Below, piece after piece: positions 22,750 through 34,700 of a stretch of DNA of 40,681 nt. Position numbers and translations under genes: made by a program. The DNA is from Dicyema japonicum (taxonomy: Eukaryota > Animalia > Dicyemida). Under the pieces are notes generated by a model, which did no database searches, was not told the DNA's origin, and was given only the letters and a program-made list of their open reading frames with translations. The stretch lies in contig RDEW01000090.1 of assembly GCA_011109175.1 (NCBI GenBank), positions 70,094 to 110,774 of the forward strand. Direction: 5' to 3'. Within the stretch, counting starts at the first letter, position 1, and every line of letters begins with the position of its first letter.

Positions 22750-25700
22750 TATATTCCAAAGTATAAGCCTATTCATTATCAGACAGAAAGCCTGACGATG
22801 TCAATTTTATTAATTTGTTTTTTCTCTACTGGAGTCAAATTTTGAATATAAAATACAGATAAGACAGAATTCCTTCCCCTCTATTTACTTTTCAGACAGT
22901 ATTGAATCTGACCAACTCCCATGAGGAATCTAGCGAACCCAACTTCAAGGCTGATAGAAATATGACAAAAATCAACATAGATTTCATGTTCATTAGTAGA
23001 ATCATGAGTTAACTGAACGCATCAAGTTTACGAGATAAAGGATTCTCCCTGCAGTATGGTCTCATGAATTTTTAATTGTCGGCATTTTAGCAAATCATAA
23101 CTTCAATTAGTAAAATTAATTATTATATTGAGCGACTTCAATAGCCAGGTATTTTACCTTGCAAAATACAATTTCGAAACAATCAGTCTTACTAGATCCT
23201 AACCGATATTAATGATCTTCGTCGTCATAAACTGAATATCAGCCAAATTTGTTGGAGAGTGTTTTTAACACGTGTAACGCACTAAACCATGTTTCCACCA
23301 TTATCGAACGGGAAAATAGTTATCCCTTCGGGGCGTTGCCATCGCAAAGAGAAACTAGTTGTGGCCAGCATAGAAAGTGCATTTTTTAATGTCAAGTAGT
23401 GACATCATGTATGGGAACAGCCATAAATCAGCTTAAAAGATGATAACCATCGATCCACCGTCCTCGAGGATATTTCAATTTAACACAAAATTAAGGTTAA
23501 GACAGAGCGAGGCAGCTATTCTCACTGCTTCGTCGTCAGAAGGTTGCTAATTTTATCACATGAATATACATTCAAACAAGCAATTGTTGAATCATCTTGA
23601 AGCAGATCTTAAGAGTACTAATAGCATCTATTGTCATCAAATGTATATTTAAAATTACTTTAACGGTTGACCTAATTTTACTGTCAAGGAGAAATATGAC
23701 CTATTTTTACTCTCAAGTAAAAAGAACATCGGAAATTGAAAATCTTTCAGTCCTGNACACATCGTAATGAGATTTCAGATTAATTCGGTCATTTAGATCA
23801 TTAAGGAAATATTCTCCTTAACGTCCACAGATCCAGAAATAAGAGTGAAGGGTAAGGTCAGTATAAACCATGGCATCCACATTTGGTTGCGAATAATAGT
23901 AAGGATACTAATAGCATATATAGTCATCAAATATAGTTAAAATTACTTTAACGGTTGACCTAATTTTACTGTCAAGGAGAAATATGACCTATTTTTACTT
24001 TTAAATAGAAAAGAACATCGGATGGTGAAAAGCTTTTGATCCTGATAGATCAATCTGTAGCCAAAATAGCACAATAAAATTATTTTGTCATCAAACGATC
24101 ACTTTTAATATTTCACATAAAACCAATTCGAGAGTGCGAATGCTGATAATTCGTTACTTAGAACAATATCATCTATTTGATTCTAAAAGAGGCAAAAGAT
24201 TCTCCCATCATACTCTGGCTAACTACTTCATACTGCTGTGTTAACATCACGTATAATCCTCCAAAATTAGACCAATATATTACATTGCAGTACTCTTGTC
24301 TGAAAAAAATAATTTCAATTATCCTGCAGTACTCTTGTTTGAAAAAGAATTAGATATCATCATACTTCAAAACCAAAATCCAGGTCATCCGCATATTTAA
24401 TTCCTAGATAGAAGTAGGACAATTTTTAGCTCTCAGATTACGAAGAGCAGCTTCCAGATAGACAACAAGAAGATTGGTTATTGTGAGTCACTTCTTAAGT
24501 GTCAATGTGCGTAGCCTCTCTTCAGATTCACTTAAAATTTTATTTTTGCGTAAATTGACCTGTAATTAAACATTATTCAAAAGGTATTAAACTTTTGACA
24601 CAATTTCTAGACATTTTGATAAAGCTATTAAACATTGTGGCAAAGTTATTAGACATTTTTGACAAATTTATTAAATTTTATGGTAAAATTATTAAACAAA
24701 TTGGAAAACCATGTTAATTGTGTAAATTTAATTAAATTATTTTTTAATTTTATTTATTTAATCCAACACTTTATTTAATAAAATTAAATTAATTATGACG
24801 ACTGTAAATCATGTAATAATTTTAATTTCTTGTGGTTACTAGTATATTCATCATTTTGGTATTTAATTTTATAGATGTTCAATTTCATCATCTTATACCT
24901 TCCATTTGGCATTTTGACACAGAAAAATTGTCAAGAAATAAATCAGGTGCGATCTCTGTATTATATATTAATTATTAAGATATTTGATTAATTGTACATT
25001 TTCTGGCCTACAAGTTGATTCTAAAGTAATTTTTACGAATTCAATACATCACATTTGAACATGGTTTCAATTTTTCTATTATGCGATCGAATGTGACCGA
25101 TTTGTATTAAATATTAGTTAATATAGTTACTGTTGGGAAGAAAGTTTAAAATATGTAATCAATAATACTTTTCCATCTACTATTTTTACCTTGTTATATA
25201 TATTATTAAATTAATAGGATTTGAACATGCAATTCCCTCATATACATCGCAATCAATTTTGCCGAACATTTAACATCACTTTTCGACAATGTAAATTTTT
25301 TTAATTTATGTAGTTTCTTTCCACAGAGAATAGAGGTTATTCAAGAATTTAGAATTAGTTCCTTTAGTGTTTCATTAATTAAGTATTTTCAATAATAATT
25401 AGTGTTATTGTGTGCATGGATTCATTCGATGATGCAGAAGCGTATGATAGTATATTTATCATAGGTACACATCACGTCTACCTAATCTATACATGTTTCT
25501 CAAAAATAATAATATGTATATGTTCGAAAGTAATATATTTAGACGAAACAGCAAGCAGACAAGTAAAACATGTAATTAATAATGTTATTTCAGACTGCAG
25601 TGCCATTGCGAACAAGTACAATGTAATGGGTACTTGCGGAGTTACTAACATTGTACTAACTTAATCGGTTCTTTTTGGAAAATAAAAATTGGTGTTAATT

Positions 25701-25950
25701 AATTCAAATTTATTATGATTTAAATAATTTCCTGGTTGGCCAAATGAATCACATATCTCTACTCTTGACTTGGAAAGAATAATTTTATTTAAAAAAACGA
25801 TGAAGAAATGAATCGAATATGGTGGGTTGTAAAGAACGGATAGGTTTCCTTAGATTTATGAATGACGTGAGCATTATCCCAATTAATTTATTTAGTTTTG
25901 ATCCCAGTCCATATAATTGTAACTTAGTTCTTTCTCAAGATATTCAAGGA
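22750..25950 (+). pseudogene. CKAP5: CKAP5/XMAP215 homolog, TOG1-TOG3 part, disabled
   Basis: Manual translation versus recalled human CKAP5, in collinear order. LSDFNSQVFYL (23128-23160) vs LSEFGSKIILL. SKDTN and VLIASIVIKCI vs GKDTNVMLVALAAKCL. FK*KRT vs FKEKKP. HKTNSRVR vs NKNPTIK. FPQRIEVIQEFR (25318-25353) vs WKERLACMEEFQ. VKHVINNVISDCSAIA vs VKCGNNAKEAMTAIA. ISWLAK vs LNWLSN. Many stops and frameshifts. Confidence 0.6.
24370..24480 (-). mobile_element. Small RTE RT fragment inside the CKAP5-like locus
   Basis: Minus-strand LLVVYLEAALRNL and IKYADDLDF. Confidence 0.65.
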
Positions 25951-27000
25951 ATTCAATTATATGAACACAATTGTCTTTGAGAGAGTCAAGCGTCCAACTT
26001 TCTTAAGAATATTCCTGAATATCGCAAGTGTTTTCTTCGTCATGCATATACCACCGTCTGGTTTATTTTATATAATCTTTTCTTCCCCCGACTTCGTACA
26101 CCTTATCTTCCGATAGTATTTCCAAAATAGGGATTTTTACATAAATCTTCGCACCCTCAGCCTTTCATATACGGTCCGTTTATTATTTCCATCATTATAC
26201 ATGAATACCCTATAGTGACCCCAATCTAAATGTGATATGTTAAACCTCAAGAAAACTAAAGTAATGCTAGTTCATTATGCATTTTCCTTAAGGATCAAGC
26301 ATTCACTAGCAATATAATCCTTGTTTCAACATTTGATGACCTTGCTTCTTCAAAACCAAGCTTACTCTCTATTAAATCCATCTGTGTATTTGCGGACAAA
26401 TAGTTAAGCTGTGAAATAATCTTTGATATTTCTGTATATACCTTCTCTGATAGATTGGGTGTGACTTCATTCGATTTCGACAAATTTTGGTGACGTCTTT
26501 GACGTAACTGTCTTTGCTGTCCACGTTCTCCCAATATCGCTTATTATCACCTGTCCATCGTTTTACCCTACTCTCCTATGATCAGACTTTTTGGCGAATG
26601 GACATCCATCATATCTATCACAATGTGAGGACGAGCCACAATTTATGCAATTAATTGTGTTCCAGGAATCTTTCACACGCAGACAGATCGTGTTCTCCTC
26701 AAGTGAGACATCTTGTATTCTTACTGAAGCAGGATATATGCCCATAGCGTTGGCAGTTGAATCATTTATGAGGGCTTCTTCCGTACAATTCGCATGTAAT
26801 GGTACGTGAGAAATGTTGAAACAATGTCCGACAAGCGAAGTAGCCTCCGCCTATGATCCAACTAGAACCCTTATAAAAGGGAGTCTCCATCTGCCTTGTA
26901 GAAATGGCATAAGCTCGTTGTAGAAGAGGATAATTCCTTTACAAATTCATGAAGGTCGTTATCATATACCCATAAAAGCAGGTTGTTAACACAATTTCGA
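25950..27000 (-). mobile_element. 5' part of a two-ORF LINE: ORF1 with three zinc knuckles plus the start of ORF2 APE
   Basis: *FNCQRYGHISC, RCLT*GEHDLSAC, CINCGSSSHCDRYDGCP. Then IILLVNA*SLRKMHNEL and AEGAKIYVK (APE N-terminal motifs). Confidence 0.75.
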
Positions 27001-27169
27001 AAAATCTAGTCGGATTTAACTAAAGCAATGGTTTCCAAGAACATAAGGAGAAGTAGCATCCACATGTTCATATAAATTCCTTTGTCCCCTCCTTTCTGAA
27101 TTCGAGGCGGAAGTTCCCGGAGCCTTTGTGACTCAATCTGATAGATCCCGTCAAGTCGAGGAGTACAGC

Positions 27170-27720
27170 ACGTTATAAATTTTGATAGCTCTCATATTCG
27201 ATGTGACAGAAATCTGTATAAACACATTGCCAGAGTATTCAAAAGCTGGCTAGAAGAATTTCCCGAATGCGAGCGAAAGAAAAGTATCGACATTTCATCC
27301 ACTATCTTGGGGTTGATCAAAGAAAAAAATCGACTGATAACTAAACTAAGATGTGTTGACCGGATAGACCGAATGGCTCTCAACGATCGGCTCAAGATGA
27401 CGAAAAGAGCCATCGAAGAGGGAACGAGATTGGTTCTGGGGCAAAGATGGAAACCTCGGCAATCTTCAAAAGACAATTAGACCAAATCCAGAGAGTAAAC
27501 CCAATGTTGTTGATCCCAGTGAAGTGATGGAAGCATCGCAAGAACTTTGTAACTATTCTCTGAACGACCTCAAGAATGACGAGATAAGAATCACCCTCGA
27601 GGATGTCATGAATGCAATCAGAATATGCACAGCAAATACTCCAGACCATGACCACGTTATCATGAGTATGTTCAAAGAAGGCCAAGAGGCCTTGTTGCTC
27701 GTCAGAAGATCTTCTGCACG
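27170..27720 (+). mobile_element. LINE ORF2 linker / RT domain-0 fragment
   Basis: RITLEDVMNAIRICTANTPDHDHVIMSMFK resembles the IT-x2-EV-x2-AI...APGxDxI motif. Confidence 0.5.
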
Positions 27721-27739
27721 CGCAAGTTGGCTGTCAATA

Positions 27740-28050
27740 CGGAAATCTTCCTCTTCACGAGGATAATCCTACCGAAGCTATTGTATGGGTGGTAACATGG
27801 TATCTATCCACTAAGAAGGAAAGGAAATAATCACTGCTGAAGAAGTCTAGAAAATCTGCCATGAAGTTAGCCCTGGGGAGGAGACTAGGTGACGTCTTAA
27901 GCACCAAAAAAAACAAAATGCTTGCTCCAATGGAGAAAATAGAGGGAAACAGGATTTATGGATCCCTACGTAAAGACGCATACTAATGATGGAGATGGGG
28001 GTCGTCAGAAGTGTCCAGGCTGAAAGGTGGATTAGATAAAGCCCGTATAC
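27740..28050 (+). mobile_element. LINE thumb fragment, same family as 420-870
   Basis: ILPKLLYGW and SRKSAMKLALGRRLGDVLST. Confidence 0.65.
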
Positions 28051-29829
28051 CTAACTCCTAATCCGGTTTTGTAATAAAGTTTTTCAGTTTTTTAGTATAA
28101 GGTTTTCTCACAACTTACCCGAAAGAAGAGCTATTGGATCCACCATATGTAACCAAAACTCAAAAAATTAAGGTCCGAAGACTCCAGAAAATCGTTGGGT
28201 CAATATCCCTTACTGTGCACAAGTGGTCCAGTCAAGCTTTAGGCCATCAGCCATTACCTTTTAAAACTGTTATCCGGGAGAGACCAGTCTAGTCATACCG
28301 CTACTTCACTACTTCCAAAAACTAAGCTCTGTGAAGTCCATAAAAACTAAGCTCTGAGTAAGTCCGGAAAATGGTCGAGTCGTTTGCCACTATTATTGAA
28401 CACACGTCGGGTAGGGTAGACCAGTCATGCACTAAAGCTTTTTGCCATTTCATCCAAAAGTAAGTGATCTCTGTTGCGATCGCTGAGGAAACCCAACGTT
28501 GATTATGTCGATGGAATCATTTTTGATTGATTTTTTTGTGTTTATACAGATGTAAAGCAAAAGAAGTCCTGATTTATATATGCAACTCTATCAACTCTTA
28601 TGTATTCACAAACAACAGACTGCACTCAATGAATATTCTGAAATGTTATAGACCTTTCTTGTTACTAAAGTAAGAGGTTATCGTAATACCTCAATATGTC
28701 CCCACATATAGGCATATTGCCTTAACGCTCCACATTTTTTGATAATCCCATATATACCTGAAATAGGTTTTATCCATTTCCCCAAGTTCAAAGTAGACGT
28801 ATTATTTTTAAATATTATTCTTCTATCCACCATTTTGGAAAACCTTTGAGTTGTATGACATATATGTATCGGAGTGGTAATCGACCCCACAGATAACAGA
28901 TAAATTTTTATTTAACACCCAAGACCACGGTAAAACCAAACTAACTATCACGTGATCCCGATGCGATCCACCAAAATCTTCTCCCGGTGCTCCACCTTCT
29001 TACCCCAGGATCTTCAAACATTTGCTGAAGGGGATTTCAACGTTGTCCAATTTTAAGGTGACAGTCTTCGTCCCCAACCTTTTGTCCGAAGATAAATGCG
29101 ACTCTTTAATATAAACACAGAACCATGATACGAGAGAACTGTAGTATTTTATTTATTATTTAATAATATTAAAAAATACACTAATCACAAATTTTATTAA
29201 TCCTTTCAAATTTATTAATCACATCATTAATACAAACATTAAGCCTTTTACCAGATTCCTTACATCTCAAAATAACTGTTCCATTACACCTTTGTCTGTC
29301 CCCTAAAATCAATAAAATACAAACTGACTGTATAATTATAATTATCATCTCAATAATAATCCATATAACGGTTGAACCCTTCATTCCTCAATTTCTGCTA
29401 AGCCTAAATATGCCCACCATAACTCAACCTGACTAGCATAATCATTAGATGACTCTCCAACCAAGATAATAATGCATTGGAAAGAGCCTATTATAGTTTT
29501 ACCACCAAAATCAAGTTCCATTATAACTTTCACACAGAATGGCAAACTTCCGATCGAATGACCCAAGGATCGCACGATGAATGATGACTGGTCGCTCAAA
29601 TTCTTGCTAATCACTAAATAATATCACATAAATCTCAATGACCACGATTATTTGATCTTACATTGTATACACAAGTTCGAATTGCTCAGGAAGTTAAAAG
29701 TCAAGTTTTATGGTACCACGCTAACGAGGTTTTCCCCGGGATTCGTGAATAAACATATCAATCTTTACTAACACAACAACATTACTTTCGGTCTATAAAA
29801 TAATCCATCCCCCTTGGGATAGGGGTAAG

Positions 29830-29990
29830 TAAAGAGTGTCAGGCAAAAGGCCTGATGGCCCCTAGTTCGAATCTCGCTGCTGTACATTCAGGTTGAGGTT
29901 TTACGTATCTACGTTGTTTGGTTTAAAGAGTGACGCCGTCATCAGTGAACATCTCACTGCGGAACCTGGTCGTCTAAAAAAGGACTCACA
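29830..29990 (+). mobile_element. Putative tRNA-derived SINE, copy B
   Basis: TCAGG-CAAAAGG-CCTGA (5-bp stem, 7-nt loop, anticodon-arm-like), B-box-like AGTTCGAATCT at 29864-29874, and the 31-bp core at 29931-29961. Confidence 0.55.
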
Positions 29991-30479
29991 TTCATCAAAA
30001 AGTTTATCTTCTGTTCCTTTTGTAGCCTCTCTGAGTTGACAGCAAATCACCCTTTTTGAATGTCCCGAGTTTGTAAAATGTTTTTCTACAATGCTAAACT
30101 GTCCTTTTTATGGCAGCCACCGGCATTTGTAGCGCCCTACTTAATAGCCACCGATCTTCTACATATTAATGAAACCGGGGTTACTTTACTGACTATTTAC
30201 ATTTTGTGTAACCTCACTTACTTTGATCAATTCACCTGACCATTAGACCAACTACTTTTACATTCCACAAATAAGAGAATGAATAGTTCACTTTAGACAT
30301 CACAGTTTTCTCTTCCTATAATTTACTGTCGCATGCCATCGCGTCCGCCAGTGCCATAATGTCAAGCCAAATTCTTAAGCTTGTTTAATCACTAAGTAAA
30401 AATTTGATTTTTTGATTTTAAATAATATTCGATTTAAATGATTAATTTTTTAAATATTTAATATGTTATTTTTGGACGA

Positions 30480-31010
30480 TGATTCTTTGAGGATTGGAAT
30501 CGGACAAAGGCTGGAACTAGACGTTTGCCAGGAGCACCGATGCCGATGCGGGAAAACAATCGATGTGAAGGGATTGCACCCGCTGTCCTGCAGAAAAAGC
30601 GCCAGAAGAGGACCACGAAGCACCTGAACGATTTGATCGTCAGAGCTCTGAAGGCTACAGGCTTCCTAGCACAGCTTGAACCAGTTGGTCTTGATCGAAA
30701 AGATGGAAAGAGACCTGACGGGATGACCCTTTTCCTCTTCACGCCTGGACAATCTTTGGTCTGGGACGCAACTTGTGTAGACACGTTCTCAAGCACGAAT
30801 ATTTTCAAATCTGTTCAGACACCTGGAGCTGTTGCTTCGACTGCGGAGAACCTAAAACTCAAGAAATATTCTTGCCTCGGGGACCGCTACCGATTTACTC
30901 CTGTTGCGACCGAATCATCGGGAGCCGTTGGTCCAATGACAACTGAATTCTTGCGAGAACTCAGAGGAATGCTTGCCAGAGAGAAAAGGGATCAACGAGA
31001 AGGGTTATAG
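30480..31010 (+). mobile_element. CRE-clade non-LTR element: CCHC finger plus REL endonuclease
   Basis: HRCRCGKTIDVKGLHPLSC, a frameshift, then HLNDLIVRAL...LEPVGLDRKDGKRPDGMT...LVWDATCVDT...KLKKY...FTPVATESSG. Confidence 0.85.
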
Positions 31011-31369
31011 TTTTGCAAATGTAAGTCCTTGGTCAAACGTCACTCCCAGGATGGTTGTCTGGCCGTAAAAGAGATTGCCACATCATCGTTAATCAAGGAA
31101 GAGTAGTTGTCGGATCTCTGGCGAGGCAGCACAACATGGATATTAATGAAAACTATTTTTCGGAGTGTGTTCAATAATTTCTCCAAATTTATACTTCCTA
31201 TAATTTAGTTGAATGTCAGCCATTCTTATTCTTTCTCATCTAACTCGAATCACTTCTATTTTCTTCCTTATCTTGAATTCATACAGGTCTCTTATGGTAA
31301 TAAATTATAGTAGGTTAAAATCTAACAAATAAAAATTCTGATTTTATGGTAAACAAATTTATTTAATAG

Positions 31370-33420
31370 CCCCTTAAATGCGTAGCTATTCTCTTACAGG
31401 ATAGCAAGGGAGATTCGCTCAAATAACCAGCAGCGCTCACGGAGATCTCATGTGCGTGCATAAATCCGATTCTCTTAACGACTCAGAAATTTCAGCGTTG
31501 TAGCGCAAAGGAACCGGCAGTTTCAATTGCGAGCGGAAGAAACAAAAAATCTACGGGTAGGAACGCGTATTTTGCTCGTTTTGATTTATTGGCTTTCTCA
31601 GAGGAGGCTTTAGACGAACTCTGATGTAGTTTGCAAGGAGTAAATGTATAAGTGCAGTGACTTCCCAGACAACAGATTTCCCGGCTTTAAAGGCGAAGAT
31701 GGTCACTCCATCGGGTTGTTTACAGTCACGTCAGCAAATGTCGACTGGTTTGAACATAGAAGGATGTCTAGAAGATCTTCGAACAAAGTTCTTCTGACTA
31801 CTTCGGTAAATCCCACGTGTTTGGAATATCTTTCTCGCACTCTCCCTGCAGGAGTGTTGATGATGCCAAAACAGTCAATCTGGTTCCTAAATTTGCATGG
31901 ATGCGGTACACAGTCTTTCAATCCGAGTCGTAATGAGATCACAATGCGAACACATTCATCATCGAGAATGGTCACAACCCCACTTGGAATGACGTAGAGC
32001 CAGGCTCCACTTTCGGGAGAAGACTCCAAAAACGAACAAGCACGGCGGCGTTGGTTAGATGACACCAGTAGATCTTCAAATAACTTTCGACATATGTCAT
32101 CGTCAGACCCCGTTAAGAGTTCAAGGAAGGTGGAAAAACAGGTAGGTACGATTCTAGGCTTCACGTGCATGATCGAAATCCTGGTCAATAAAAAATTCTG
32201 CCAGAATCTGCTAGAGTAACGTCGTTTTTCCCGTATGGTCCCCCATTGTACGAATGGTGATTGGGGATCCGAGAAATATAAGGTCTTTGTTGGGGATGGA
32301 AAAACTTCCGGGAAGCAAATTCGTGAACAATGAGATAACTTGTGAATATTTTTCATTGAAAGTCCACAATTGTAAAGCCAGAATTAACATCTGAATGTGG
32401 ACTGTATCTGGGGGTCCTCATCCAGATACAACTGGTTTATGAACCATTGGGGAAGTTTGGTGAATCCTTTGATTGCGAGATAGAATAGCAGATGTCTAAA
32501 AAATCTCCTTGTTTACTCTGGAAGACGAAGAGATTAGGTATCTCTGAAAAGTAAAAATGAATGTAGACTACAGGAAAGATTCATCATTTCGAAAATATTA
32601 CGACATTTTTCCATACACGCTTCCAGAATATCATCTCTCTTCAGATTGTTGAGCGTTCTTGATATCTAGTTTCCTTGGAAATCTTCTATGCTTCGGTTTA
32701 AGAGTAAACTCTCCCCCTACTTGAGGAAGATTTAAAAATTAATAGAATATCTGGATTTTTGCAGACAGCCTCCTGTATACAAACCCGACCACAATTTGGA
32801 GTACTCTACCTCCTTTTTTAACAAAGGCGATATGGTTCGTGGAAAACAGGACGTGAGGGAACACTTCGGGAAGTAGTCCAGGTATAATTCGGTTCATAAG
32901 TGAGGTAACTGAATTCGTATGACAAAGTTCTGATTCTCCAACTGACAAAGAAGTCAGCTCTTTTAGATGAACAGGTCTCAGTCCTCCCAACCCGGCATTG
33001 CTACTGGGGACAAAATTCCGTATTGCAAGGAGTATTTTATCATTTGATGCGGTCGTTCCGCTTGAAGAAAATGCCTTAATTATTGCACGAGTTCCATCTT
33101 CGGTTAACTTCGAGCGATCAGTTTTCTTGAGAGGGAACACTTCTACTTCCTTGTTCTGACTATGCGTCTCCCGCATTTTGTTAAAGGTGTTGGTTAACCG
33201 AGGAATGGGTTCCTTTAATAAAAACGAATGGTTGTCTTCATGGTGACAGCGAGAGACTCATTTCAGTTACCTTTGCGATTAAGTCTCAGCGCGACGAACC
33301 CAGTCTTGTATTGAATTCGTCAGGAAGGCATCCTCGATCGTACTAGATAGGTCCTCCCCAGCGACTGGGAGCGCGGCATTGATGATCTTCACCAGAATAG
33401 TCCGTGATGATGAGAAGTAA
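31370..33420 (-). mobile_element. CRE-clade non-LTR element (RT through C-terminus), degenerate
   Basis: GLGGLRPVHLKEL, FVKKGGRVLQIVVGFVYRRL, QLYLDE (about 32417-32435), SPESGAWLYVIP, VRIVISLRLGLKDCVPHPC, ERCWLFERISLAIL. Confidence 0.85.
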
Positions 33421-33549
33421 GATTGATTCAGAGTACGCGGTTAATAAAAAACAGATTTTATTGACCTAAAAATTAAATTTCAATCAAATTTGACAAATTT
33501 TTGACTCTATTTATATTATTAGCAAAAAACAATATTTTTGAAAGTTTTA

Positions 33550-34345
33550 ACGATTTTAAAAAACATATGATTTCAGTCCTCCGAGGCATACATGTCCTCT
33601 TCGTCCACTTAAGAAATTTTTTATCCAAAGTTTAAGCTTCCCCGGGATCTCGGACTGGAAAATTTTCTTTGATAGTATTTTTCTCGAAATAGAATCAAAG
33701 GCCTTGTTAATATCAATGGAACATAAGACTGTCTTCAAATGCCTTGGTTTGTTTGAAAAACCATCTCTAATAAAGTTGGTTAATTTCTGTAGGTACGTTG
33801 ATGTATAACAATCGCTCTTGAATCCGTGTTGAAAATCCTTATCTGGTAAGAAAGCCTTGATTCTCACAAGCACAAGCCTTTCCAGAATTTTCGATATGAA
33901 CATAACAATGACTCATGTCTAAATGATGCTGGATCTTCCTTAGGTTTCCCATGTTTCAGTATAGGTCGTATGTTGGCTTGTTCCATAACAACGGTATTAC
34001 ATTACAATTAATTGAATAGTTATACACCGACGTTAGAAAACCGACTCCAATATCTCCAAGGTTCTTTAATAACACTGCTGGAATGTTGTCGGGACCGGCA
34101 GAGTACGTTGTTCTTGTAAAATGCAGCTCATTCATCACGTCCTCATCCGAGAAGTAAACTGGGTTAGAATCCTTCTTCAGTTTTCTCCATGAGGAGAGAA
34201 GCACTCCCGACTTCCTGTGTTCCTTGTACGAAATTTTTGTGTAGAATTTTATCAAATTGTTAACGTCTCGTTGAGTATAGTCATCCTCGGGGGAGGTTTC
34301 TTCTCCCTTTGCAACATTTCGGATGGTTTTCCACACGTCTATTTT
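33550..34345 (-). mobile_element. Jockey/I-like LINE linker plus RT domains 0-3
   Basis: SAGPDNIPAVLLKNLG, ISKILERLVL, FQHGFK, SIDINKAFDSI, WIKNFLSGRR. Confidence 0.85.
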
Positions 34346-34399
34346 CTACTGCTCCTAACTCCAAGACCGTAATCCATCTCCGCCATCTGCTGTGAATTC

Positions 34400-34700
34400 T
34401 GGTCTATTGGTGTTCGTTGAGAGAGTTTGTTAATTAATACTGGTCGACTTTACTCTAAGAATCTGGAGTAGAAATTGTCATTGACCAAGTTGCACTCGCA
34501 TATGTCAATACTGGGTGGAAAACTGTCTGTAGATAGTAGAGAGGGATCCAGCATTGTTTCCGAAAGCTACATCGTTAAGATTTTCATTTTTTTCCTGATT
34601 TTCACATGTTTAGCTAAGGAAGTCCCTGATCAAACATGACTCCCATGTTGTTTGACGTGGTATTGACTTGAATAATCGTATTGTATAAAAGGATTCTTGG
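34400..34700 (-). mobile_element. Jockey/I-like thumb fragment lying upstream of the RT N-half fragment
   Basis: MGVMFDQGL, AKHVKIRKKMKIL, STIYRQF, PVLTYASATW. Confidence 0.65.

Noticed and set aside
24500-24960. Apparent minus-strand exons (VNLRKNKILSESEERL; EIAPDLFLDNF)
   Set aside because: I could not join them in frame, they have no recognisable homology, and they lie within the + strand TOG-like locus.
26690-26770. Two zinc-knuckle cysteines both appear as TGA, suggesting a UGA=Cys code
   Set aside because: Only two cases in a heavily decayed element, and TGA serves as an apparent terminal stop elsewhere (12577-12579 and 17903-17905).
28050-28900. Possible Penelope/GIY-YIG remnants (VNIPY on +, SGIYGI on -)
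   Set aside because: The motifs are on opposite strands, short and lack the rest of the domain.
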